A stretch of 33,053 nt of DNA. It comes from an uncultured Pseudomonadota bacterium (lineage in GTDB: Bacteria > SAR324 > NAC60-12). Location of the stretch: contig CAJXNF010000003.1 in the NCBI GenBank assembly GCA_913056375.1, forward strand, positions 1-33,053. The letters run 5' to 3'. Numbering within the stretch: position 1 is the first letter of the stretch; each line of letters starts with the position of its first letter. This document shows positions 9,274 through 17,417 of this stretch, piece after piece. A model generated the notes under the pieces. The model was not told the DNA's origin, did not search any database, and saw only the letters and a list, made by a program, of their open reading frames with translations. Both the position numbers and the translations under genes were made by a program.

Positions 9274-10815
9274 ATGATAGAAGCCAAACTCCTCGATTGC
9301 TGTGACCGCTTGACAGATGCTGTGAGTATGCAGGCAATGGATCGCCGAGCGATTGAGGAACTCGGGCTACCTGGCCTACTGCTAATGGAGAATGCGGCTC
9401 GTGCTGTCGCAGATTGGGTGGAACAACGCTATCCAAACTCCAGGAGAATCTGTGTCTGCTGTGGAAGCGGCAACAATGGTGGAGATGGTTATGCGGCAGC
9501 TCGTCTCTTGGCCAACCGAGGCTATTCTGTTTCGGTAGTCTGCCTTCAGGAACCTAACACTCCAGATGCTCAGCAGAACTTCCGTCTTTGGCAAAATTTT
9601 GGTCCCACTCTGACTTTCCCAGAACCTGCTGCAGCACAAGCCATTGAAGAAGCAGACGTTGTTCTCGATGCTATCTTTGGAGTTGGCCTGCAACGTCCTG
9701 TTGTTGGTCTATATGCAGATTGGATTGCAGCCATCAATGCTAGCCCTGCAGAAGTAATCGGTGTGGACCTACCTTCGGGGATTTCGGCAGATGACAGTCA
9801 GATACTGGGAACAGCAACACGCTGTAAATCTACGGTCACTTTTCAGATTCCCAAGATTGGGTTGTGGCAACATCCTGGCCGTGAACAAGCTGGAGAGATT
9901 CATGTTGTCGATGTCTGCATTCCTCCGCATTGGCCAACTGGGGAGAAGTCCACTCACCTGCTGACAGAGAATTTTTTTCGACAAGCTCTTCCAAAACGTC
10001 CGATCACAGCCCATAAGGGAACTTTTGGCCATTTGCTGGTGCTGGGTGGTCAGGCAGGAATGGCAGGTGCGGTACAATTAGCGAGTCAAGCAGCCTTGCA
10101 GGTAGGAACCGGACTAGTCACTGCGGCAGTACCAAGAGCTTTGCAAGATCGGCTTCTCGGCGTTCCAGAAGTGATGACTTGGTCAGCATCTCAGACAAAA
10201 GATATTTGGCAAGTGAGTGCGCTATCCGAACTAAAACCCCAATTACCGCGCTACAATGCGCTAGTTGTTGGTTGTGGAATCGGTACCAGCGAAGAAATCC
10301 CAGCATTGTTGGAGGGGATTTTACTGGAGGTGAGAGAGCTACCCGTTCTGATTGATGCCGATGGATTGAATGCGCTTGATCCGAATTGGCTTCGTGAAAG
10401 AGAAATTCCGGCTGTACTGACACCACATCCGGGAGAGTTGTCCCGCTTGATTGGCCAGCCTGTCTCAGAATTTCAGCAACAACGCGTAGCCACCGTGCGT
10501 CACTGGGCGCAGATGTGGGGAGTAGTTCTGCTGCTCAAGGGAGCACTCACGGTGATTGGTACTCCAGATGGACAGGTCTTCATCAATCCAACAGGCAATC
10601 CGGGAATGGCAACAGCAGGTTCTGGAGATGTACTCAGTGGGATGATTGGCGGACTACTGGCGCAAGGCTTGAATCCTTTGGAGGCAACCTTAGTTGGTTG
10701 TTGGTGGCATGGAGCTGCTGGGGATTGGCAGGCAAAACGGTCGGGCGAAGTTGGGTTGACAGCCGGTAAGTTGATTGAAGGAATCAGTCCTGTGTGGCAA
10801 CAGGCAGCATTTTGA
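9274..10815 (+). CDS. nnr: Bifunctional NAD(P)HX epimerase/dehydratase (YjeF)
   Basis: LMENAA, GSGNNGGDG, DAIFG, DLPSG, HKGTFG, DADGL, TPHPGE, ATAGSGDVLSG. Start uncertain (GTG 9232 or ATG 9274). Confidence 0.93.
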   Translation: MIEAKLLDCCDRLTDAVSMQAMDRRAIEELGLPGLLLMENAARAVADWVEQRYPNSRRICVCCGSGNNGGDGYAAARLLANRGYSVSVVCLQEPNTPDAQQNFRLWQNFGPTLTFPEPAAAQAIEEADVVLDAIFGVGLQRPVVGLYADWIAAINASPAEVIGVDLPSGISADDSQILGTATRCKSTVTFQIPKIGLWQHPGREQAGEIHVVDVCIPPHWPTGEKSTHLLTENFFRQALPKRPITAHKGTFGHLLVLGGQAGMAGAVQLASQAALQVGTGLVTAAVPRALQDRLLGVPEVMTWSASQTKDIWQVSALSELKPQLPRYNALVVGCGIGTSEEIPALLEGILLEVRELPVLIDADGLNALDPNWLREREIPAVLTPHPGELSRLIGQPVSEFQQQRVATVRHWAQMWGVVLLLKGALTVIGTPDGQVFINPTGNPGMATAGSGDVLSGMIGGLLAQGLNPLEATLVGCWWHGAAGDWQAKRSGEVGLTAGKLIEGISPVWQQAAF

Positions 10816-11158
10816 ACAGTTCTGCTGGTAGTTGCTGAGCAAAAGGATATTCAACCAACTGATTCAAACCGAGTCTTTCGGCTGTTTCGGCAAATTCTGA
10901 GGAAAGTTCTTTCAGAGAAAAACCAAGCAGGATCAAATGCGCACAATCGGGTTCTGTGCGAACCAAGCGCACCAGTTCCAATCCGTCCATCACAGGCAGT
11001 TCCAGATTCAGCAAAACAACATCTGGCTTGTTCATGACGGAGTTGGCGAAGCCTTCCCAGCCATTGAAAGCGACTTCCAACTGGAAGTGTTCCGAAAGTT
11101 GGTGTTGAATCTCACCCAAGCGTGTCAGATCGTGATCAACGTAAAGCAGATTGGGCAT
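10784..11158 (-). CDS. Stand-alone receiver-domain protein, atypical (no phospho-Asp)
   Basis: CheY-like pattern LLYVDHD...AFNGWEG...PDVVLLNLELPVMDGLELVR. Start probably ATG 11158. 32-bp convergent overlap with nnr. Confidence 0.85.
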   Translation of the reverse strand: MPNLLYVDHDLTRLGEIQHQLSEHFQLEVAFNGWEGFANSVMNKPDVVLLNLELPVMDGLELVRLVRTEPDCAHLILLGFSLKELSSEFAETAERLGLNQLVEYPFAQQLPAELFKMLPVATQD

Positions 11159-11345
11159 GCAGATTTTTTTAGGCAGAAGAGATTTGCAAATCAACAACTA
11201 GACTGTATATAGAGAAGCCTTGCGATTCGCAAGCCGCAGACCTCGCTGACTTGCTCTTCATGGCAATGGGCCGGAGTGTCCTGCCAAGCTCCTCTCAATA
11301 ACAGATTTCCTGCCGATAGCGTCCATTACCAGTCGATATTCAACT

Positions 11346-12950
11346 ATGCAGACCAAATTTATCTTCATCACCGGTGGCGTTGTTTCGGGCCTGGGCAAGG
11401 GCATTGCCGGAGCCTCCATTGGTGCCTTGCTCGAGAGTCGTGGCCTAACTGTCAGTCTGATGAAACTAGATCCTTACATCAATATTGATGCAGGAACCAT
11501 GAATCCCTTCCAACACGGTGAGGTTTACGTTACCGAGGATGGGGCAGAGACTGATTTGGATTTGGGACATTATGAGCGCTATACCAATGCCGTCGTGTCT
11601 CGAGTTCACAACTGCACAACGGGGCAGATCTACGATAAAATCATTCGCAAGGAACGAGCCGGTGAATACCTGGGGGCAACTGTTCAGGTTGTGCCTCATG
11701 TGATTGATGAGATCAAGGAAGCAGTGCTTCGGGCTAGTGATAATGTAGATATCGCTATCGTGGAAATCGGCGGCACCGTCGGTGACATTGAGTCCTTACC
11801 ATTTCTGGAGGCGATCCGTCAGTTTCGTCATGATTATGGTCGTGAAAACACACTTTACATTCATCTCACGCTGATCATTTATACAACAGAGATGAAGACC
11901 AAGCCGACCCAGCATAGTGTTGGCAAACTACGGGAAATTGGAATTCAACCAGATATGCTGATCTGCAGGACACCAGAGCCTTTGCCGGATAAGTTGCGTG
12001 AGAAGATCGCCTTGTTCACCAATGTCCCTGTTGATGCGGTGATTGATGGGTTGGATGTTGATTTTCTCTATGAGATTCCGCTCGTCTATCACAAGCAGAA
12101 GCTTGATGACAAAATCATTGAGTTGCTGCAGATGTGGACACGACGCCCCAAGCTTCAGAATTGGGTAGATATTGTGGAAGCCTACAAAGAGCCAATTGAT
12201 GAAATTACCATTGCCTTTGTTGGAAAGTACGTCAATCAGCGGGACACTTATGAAAGCCTCAACGAAGCGCTCGTGCATGGCTGTATTGCCTGCAACCTGC
12301 GTCTGAACCTGATCTATATCAACTCCGAGGAAATCACGGAAAAAACCGTTGGGCCGATGCTGGCTCCTGCTCATGCGGTGTTGGTTGCACCAGGCTTTGG
12401 AGAACGTGGTACAGAAGGAAAAATTTTGGCTGTTCAGCACGCACGAGAACAGCAAATTCCTTTCTTTGGCATTTGTCTGGGAATGCAGATGGCTGTGATT
12501 GAATTCGCTCGCAATGTTGCCAATCTGAAAGATGCCAATTCTGGAGAATTCCGGAGTCCCCATGATGAAAATGTGATTGATTTAATGCCAGAGCAGCAAG
12601 GACAACAAAATACTGGCGGATCAATGCGTCTTGGAGCATACACGGCCCACTTGCGGGAAGGAACTCAAATTGCGCAAATCTATGCTAAACCAGAGATTCG
12701 TGAGCGTCATCGTCATCGCTATGAAGTGATGAACGAATTTGTTCCTCAACTAGAATCTGCAGGGTTAGTGATTTCTGGCAGAAATCCGGATCGTGACCTG
12801 GTAGAAACCATTGAGTTGGCAGATCACCCCTGGTTCATTGGCTGCCAGTACCATCCAGAGTTGAAATCAAAGCCCTTCGCCCCACATCCGTTGTTTGTTT
12901 CCTTCTCACGTGCAGCTCTGCACTACAAGCAAAACTCCTCCATAAGGTGA
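11346..12950 (+). CDS. pyrG: CTP synthase
   Basis: TGGVVSGLGKG, KLDPYIN, DLDLGHYER, KTKPTQHS, GICLGMQ, ERHRHRYE, QYHPE. Confidence 0.98.
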   Translation: MQTKFIFITGGVVSGLGKGIAGASIGALLESRGLTVSLMKLDPYINIDAGTMNPFQHGEVYVTEDGAETDLDLGHYERYTNAVVSRVHNCTTGQIYDKIIRKERAGEYLGATVQVVPHVIDEIKEAVLRASDNVDIAIVEIGGTVGDIESLPFLEAIRQFRHDYGRENTLYIHLTLIIYTTEMKTKPTQHSVGKLREIGIQPDMLICRTPEPLPDKLREKIALFTNVPVDAVIDGLDVDFLYEIPLVYHKQKLDDKIIELLQMWTRRPKLQNWVDIVEAYKEPIDEITIAFVGKYVNQRDTYESLNEALVHGCIACNLRLNLIYINSEEITEKTVGPMLAPAHAVLVAPGFGERGTEGKILAVQHAREQQIPFFGICLGMQMAVIEFARNVANLKDANSGEFRSPHDENVIDLMPEQQGQQNTGGSMRLGAYTAHLREGTQIAQIYAKPEIRERHRHRYEVMNEFVPQLESAGLVISGRNPDRDLVETIELADHPWFIGCQYHPELKSKPFAPHPLFVSFSRAALHYKQNSSIR

Positions 12951-12954
12951 CACC

Positions 12955-14133
12955 ATGATGCGCTTCCGAATCGGCTTGCTGTCGCTGATCTTCTGCTGCC
13001 TCACCAATTTTGTCTGGGCACAGGGTAGCAATGCTTATGAACTTTCCAGCAACACCCTGATCCATTTGCGTCAGGCGGGTTTACCATTGGAAATTCTCAG
13101 GGATCTGCAGCCTTTGATAGGAATTCGTTTTGACACGAAAGAAGATCTGCGTGCTGCACTGCAGAAGTTGCCGCGTTCCCCGACAACCGAAGCCCTAGAG
13201 CAGATTGAACAGTTTGCTGAGATGCGACGTCTACAACTGCAAGCCCAGGAATTCAGTGGTGATCAGAAGAAGGGAGAGTTGGTGTTTCGTGGAGAAGTTG
13301 AAGGAGAATTGCCACGAGAACAGCTACGCTTCCGCTCTGAGCTGCTCAACTTGGTGCGCCAAGAAAAGTACGAGAAAATGCGCAGTGAGGGGTCTGTGGA
13401 GGTGGAACAGTGGGATCGAACCTTGCAGGCCGGATTTCTGTTCTATGAGCGTGCAGAAGAAGGATTTGCGAACGAAGATGTACGAGGACCGGTCCAGATC
13501 TTGCGCTTCAACGAAGAGTTCCGTGCTAGCGCTAAGCAAGGAAAAATCAGTGGTAATTTGATGCAGGCCGACCTGCTACGACAACAGGTGCTCCTACAGG
13601 GACGCAGTGAAGCAGAGCCCGCTCGGATGGAATTAGACCTTGATGAAATTCGCCGACAGCAAGCGTTCAATAGTCTAGAGGAATTGCCACCAACCAGCGA
13701 TTCTCCAGAGACGGTGACTCTGCAGGCGGCTCAGGCAACGCTCAATAACCAAGTTCGGCGTCTTTTGCTGGAAGGAGCGGTAGAGCTTTTCAAGTCACCA
13801 GAACAGCTACGGATCTACGGTGGTCGGGTCCAGGTGGAATTTGATGCAACCCAGCAGATTCAAACGGTCTATGCGGAACGAGCGGTATGCTTTGAGCAGC
13901 CTGGGCGAGTAGCCCGCGCCGATTCTGTAAGGATGGAGCAGGCAACCCAACTGATCTTGTTGGAAGGCAACGCCCAAGTGCAAACCGATCAGTACAACCT
14001 GCAAGGTGAGTCGATCAAGCTTTATACGGATGTCAGCCAAGGAGTGGCTCAAGGTGATGACAATTCTCCGATTCGGGTTACTATTTTGATGGATCAGCCC
14101 AATTCGGCAAGCAACGCATTCCGGTGTAGATGA
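12955..14133 (+). CDS. Exported LptA/OstA-like beta-jellyroll protein with N-terminal helical module
   Basis: Signal peptide (..NFVWA/Q). C-terminal ARADSVRMEQATQLILLEGNAQVQTDQYNLQGESIKL resembles LptA/OstA. Starts 4 nt after pyrG. Confidence 0.65.
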   Translation: MMRFRIGLLSLIFCCLTNFVWAQGSNAYELSSNTLIHLRQAGLPLEILRDLQPLIGIRFDTKEDLRAALQKLPRSPTTEALEQIEQFAEMRRLQLQAQEFSGDQKKGELVFRGEVEGELPREQLRFRSELLNLVRQEKYEKMRSEGSVEVEQWDRTLQAGFLFYERAEEGFANEDVRGPVQILRFNEEFRASAKQGKISGNLMQADLLRQQVLLQGRSEAEPARMELDLDEIRRQQAFNSLEELPPTSDSPETVTLQAAQATLNNQVRRLLLEGAVELFKSPEQLRIYGGRVQVEFDATQQIQTVYAERAVCFEQPGRVARADSVRMEQATQLILLEGNAQVQTDQYNLQGESIKLYTDVSQGVAQGDDNSPIRVTILMDQPNSASNAFRCR

Positions 14134-14663
14134 ATATCAGCAACAACACCTTTACCAACCTGCGCACCAAGTACACCCCCCCTGTCACGGATGAAGGCAA
14201 ACAAGGGGAAGAAGCCAATGGTGTAAAGGAAGAAAATCCACCTCCTGAACTGGCGATGGATGCTTCCTTCAAGAAGTTGCCCGGTGGATTGATGGTCTAC
14301 GTGGAGGAGTTGGGTAAGGGGGAGAAAGTTGAAACTGGCAGTAAGCTCAGCGTTCATTATGAAGGCTGGCTAGCTAGCGACTACACCAAGTTCGATAGCA
14401 GCATCGACAAGGGGCGGCCTTTTGAATATAATCATGGCGAAGGCATGGTCATCAAGGGCTGGGAAAAAGCCATGGAGGGAATGCGGGTTGGCACTAAGCT
14501 ACAACTGAAAATTCCTGCCAAGCTAGCGTATGGTCCTTCTGGAATGTCTGGAGCTGGTATTCCTCCCAACGCAGATCTGATCTTCAAACTAGAAATATTA
14601 GCAGTAGAGAAGCCAGTAGAAGATTCGAAAAAATCACCGAACTCGGTAGATCTTTACGCCTGA
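14130..14663 (+). CDS. FKBP-type peptidyl-prolyl isomerase
   Basis: VHYEGWL, KFDSS, VIKGWE, IPAKLAYG, IPPNADLIF. Confidence 0.93.
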   Translation: MNISNNTFTNLRTKYTPPVTDEGKQGEEANGVKEENPPPELAMDASFKKLPGGLMVYVEELGKGEKVETGSKLSVHYEGWLASDYTKFDSSIDKGRPFEYNHGEGMVIKGWEKAMEGMRVGTKLQLKIPAKLAYGPSGMSGAGIPPNADLIFKLEILAVEKPVEDSKKSPNSVDLYA

Positions 14664-14798
14664 AGGTGGATTGATTATGGGTGAGTTGGCCTGGTTTGAG
14701 GTCGGTGATTTGAGCCACTAACCTGAAGAGGAGTAGATCAAAGCTACCCTTATTCAATGTAATCAAATTCGAATAGCTTTAATCCACTAGCGTAATCT

Positions 14799-14981
14799 TT
14801 ACTTCTTCCTTCTGTTTCTTCCTTCCGCCAAGTATCCTTTCAGCATCCGCGCAGTAAATCCGTGCTTCTTGCACATTTCCTTGACGAGAGACAGATCCTT
14901 GTTTCTTTCATCCCGTAATGCGGTTTTTCTTTGCTTTTGCAGTTCTGCAATTTGATTCTCAAGTTCTTGTACGCTGGGCAT
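14799..14981 (-). CDS. Small basic protein resembling an H-NS N-terminal oligomerisation domain
   Basis: MPSVQELENQIAELQKQ...VKEMCKKHGFT matches the coiled-coil plus 'M..yGlT' pattern of proteobacterial H-NS N-termini. GAGGA RBS. Confidence 0.6.
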   Translation of the reverse strand: MPSVQELENQIAELQKQRKTALRDERNKDLSLVKEMCKKHGFTARMLKGYLAEGRNRRKK

Positions 14982-15443
14982 GGTCTTCCTCAGTTAGCTG
15001 TTGATCAATTAGCAAAGTAAACTTTGCTTTGCCTCTAAGATAGTACGCTATCCTTTGCAAGTTAGTGCAAAGAGCGTTCGTAAGCAATCATTACAGAATC
15101 AGTTACTTTCACTCTGTAACTTGTTTTCTCTGAGTCATAGCAGTTTTAAGCTGCTAATTTAAATGAGTCTATCCAGTTCATGAAATGAATGCAAAAGAAA
15201 CTTTTTTGATTGGCAACAGCGAATAATATCAGTCTGAGTACCCAAGTTATGTGAACTCAACAAGTTAAACTCCAAAACTTAATTCAGCAATATAGGGTCT
15301 GTGTGTCGATAATTCGATACCAAATTGAATAGTACAATACGAAGAAAATGGCTGTGCCTAGCTAGTTCAAGCGCCTGCGGTTCCTAATTGGGTAAAAGAG
15401 ATGGGACGGTTTCTAATATGAAAAACAAAATTAGAGAATATTT

Positions 15444-15605
15444 ATGGATAATCAGTACAGTCGCGAGTACCAAGCGTATCTGACTTATGCCTTACAGCGT
15501 TACCTGATCGAACACTGTAACTATACTGAGAAAGATGCAGAGATCAAAGTGATGCAGGATTTCGAAGAAGTAGAGCAAGAGGCACGAGAAGCTGGTTTCC
15601 TGTGA
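15444..15605 (+). CDS. Small acidic hypothetical protein (53 aa), below the ORF-track cutoff
   Basis: Hand translation MDNQYSREYQAYLTYALQRYLIEHCNYTEKDAEIKVMQDFEEVEQEAREAGFL*. AGAGA upstream; fills an otherwise empty gap; protein-like composition. Confidence 0.7.
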   Translation: MDNQYSREYQAYLTYALQRYLIEHCNYTEKDAEIKVMQDFEEVEQEAREAGFL

Positions 15606-15621
15606 GAGCAATGTTTATTGG

Positions 15622-15648
15622 TAATTATCCGAAGTATCCAGCCGATGT
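15622..15648 (+). promoter_or_regulatory. Candidate sigma28 (FliA) promoter
   Basis: TAAT-N15-GCCGATGT versus consensus TAAA-N15-GCCGATAA, about 50 nt before the 15700 ORF. Confidence 0.4.
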
Positions 15649-15699
15649 GATTTTGAAAATAAGTAGAAAAGATTTTTTGATTTGAGTTAGTGAGATCAG

Positions 15700-16305
15700 T
15701 TGGACTTTCTCAAAAGTATGCGGAGTCTTCTCCATACGAATTTAGAAGAAGATTGTTTTGCGATCCATGCGTTAGCGAAGTTTATGTATACGAGTACAGC
15801 GAGTTCCTTTGGTTTAGTGAGCGGTCCACAAATCGCCTACGTAGTGGTCCACGCAGACGAATATGCGATTCAGGCCAGCAGGCTAGTCAAGAACTCTCAG
15901 GATTTTCAGATAAGTCTTCGGCAGCATCTACAAAAACTATTACAGGAACAGGTCAATGTGATTTTACTGAATCTGCAAAAGACGGAGCAGCAACCACCAA
16001 AATTCCTAAGATCCTTAGGAGACCAAGTGACCGTGATTCCCTCACTAGAGCAGGACTCGATCAACGCCCAGTCAGAGCGACTAAGTGAGTACTTGGTGCG
16101 GCAGAGGGGTCTGAAACAACTGGTCTTCACAGGTGGCTGGAAAAACGCCTGCCTCAAGCACACGCTCCGCCGGACAGTGATGACAAAAGACCCATTTGAA
16201 TTGGGGATCATGGATGAGATCTATCATCCAGTGAGCGGCGTGGTAGAGTATGGCAAGCAAAGGCTTGAAGTCATGGTCACAGTGGACCACGACTTCGTGT
16301 TCTGA
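15700..16305 (+). CDS. Hypothetical protein, possible divergent cysteine hydrolase (isochorismatase fold)
   Basis: GLKQLVFTGGWKNACLKHT resembles the 'Gi..lv.tG.....CV..T' motif. Start is TTG 15700 or ATG 15718. Confidence 0.55.
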   Translation: MDFLKSMRSLLHTNLEEDCFAIHALAKFMYTSTASSFGLVSGPQIAYVVVHADEYAIQASRLVKNSQDFQISLRQHLQKLLQEQVNVILLNLQKTEQQPPKFLRSLGDQVTVIPSLEQDSINAQSERLSEYLVRQRGLKQLVFTGGWKNACLKHTLRRTVMTKDPFELGIMDEIYHPVSGVVEYGKQRLEVMVTVDHDFVF

Positions 16306-16318
16306 GGTGTAGATAGAA

Positions 16319-16735
16319 TCAGGCAGGTTCTGCAGTCTTTTCTGGTAAGCGGCGTGGTTCCTCTGACCACTCCTTGTCATCAAGCAGGTATTGCATACGC
16401 TCAACGATTTGCTGTAGCTCGTGATTACGTTGCTCGAGAGACTGGTTCTTGTTGCGCTCCAGCAGGACCAGGCGCTTGAGGCGCTTGACTTCCATCACTT
16501 GGTTTCGGTGCAGGACTCTGAGTTGAGAGTGATAAGTGAAGAAGTAGGCCACACAGAAAAGGATACCCAGCGCCAACGTTACAAAGATCGGTACAAAAAC
16601 TGGGCGCTCGAACCGGAAATTCAGACCGAGTTCATCAAGGTTGAACCGGATCACAATCGGATCTAGATTCTGGGTGATGAAAACGATACTCAGGTAAAGA
16701 AATCCGGCGAAGAATACGAGCCAGAGATAGCGCAT
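16319..16735 (-). CDS. LapA (DUF1049)-like membrane protein with coiled-coil tail
   Basis: TM1-FITQNLDPIVIRF-...P-TM2 followed by a basic coiled coil. AGGAGG RBS. Confidence 0.7.
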   Translation of the reverse strand: MRYLWLVFFAGFLYLSIVFITQNLDPIVIRFNLDELGLNFRFERPVFVPIFVTLALGILFCVAYFFTYHSQLRVLHRNQVMEVKRLKRLVLLERNKNQSLEQRNHELQQIVERMQYLLDDKEWSEEPRRLPEKTAEPA

Positions 16736-16940
16736 AGCCTCCTTGGTGCTGGGAGTAGGTTACAGTGGTGGTATTCACTTCCGCCAGAGCCGACACTATG
16801 AGTGCTCTGGGAACACCGACCGTCTCTGGAAATCAGGGTACTATCCCTTACTTTGTCGCCGAGTGTCAAGATCTTGGCAATGCCAGATGTGAGTATGTAA
16901 GAGTTCTTTCAACTTTTTTGGATATTCAAGACGGAGAATA

Positions 16941-17417
16941 ATGAGAATTTGCAGGGCTTTTGTGCTCTTGATGAGTGTATTGAAGTTTTGTGCTGTACCC
17001 GTAGTTGCTGTGGAACTCTCGCTACTGGATGAGTCACGCAAAACCTGTGATTCTCTGCGTCAAGGAGAAGGCTTTTCAGAATTACGCTCTGATCCGATGT
17101 GGAAAGACCTCCGCTTCCGCTATCAATTTGATGACCAGACGGGCAACTGCGAATTTTCCGGTTTTGAACTGCGCCTGGATTCCTGGCAACGTTCCCTGAT
17201 GGATAACCTACTGCAAGGAATCTCGGTGCATTATGGATCACGATTCAGCCCTGATTTCTGGAATCTGACCAATTGGGTTCAGGAAGAACAACCACTGAGC
17301 CGAATTCAGGTCTTTCGCAATCAGGAATTTTCCTTCTCCATCATTCCCGATGCACAGGGTCACCCTGGTGTACTACTCCAGTTCACAACCCTACCTGGCG
17401 AATTCCTTGATCAGTGA
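16941..17417 (+). CDS. Hypothetical exported protein
   Basis: GGAGA RBS, hydrophobic N-terminus, 158 aa. No family recognised. Confidence 0.65.
   Translation: MRICRAFVLLMSVLKFCAVPVVAVELSLLDESRKTCDSLRQGEGFSELRSDPMWKDLRFRYQFDDQTGNCEFSGFELRLDSWQRSLMDNLLQGISVHYGSRFSPDFWNLTNWVQEEQPLSRIQVFRNQEFSFSIIPDAQGHPGVLLQFTTLPGEFLDQ

Noticed and set aside
14049-14073. Sigma28-like TCAAG...TCCGAT upstream of the FKBP gene
   Set aside because: Spacing is one base short and it lies within coding sequence.
14700-15750. AT-rich islet as a mobile element or prophage remnant
   Set aside because: No integrase, transposase, terminal repeats or tRNA target seen.
16761-16790. ZTP (pfl) riboswitch-like CTGGCGGAA..CCAC on the minus strand
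   Set aside because: The required downstream CGCCTGGGC pseudoknot partner is absent and the gene context does not fit.
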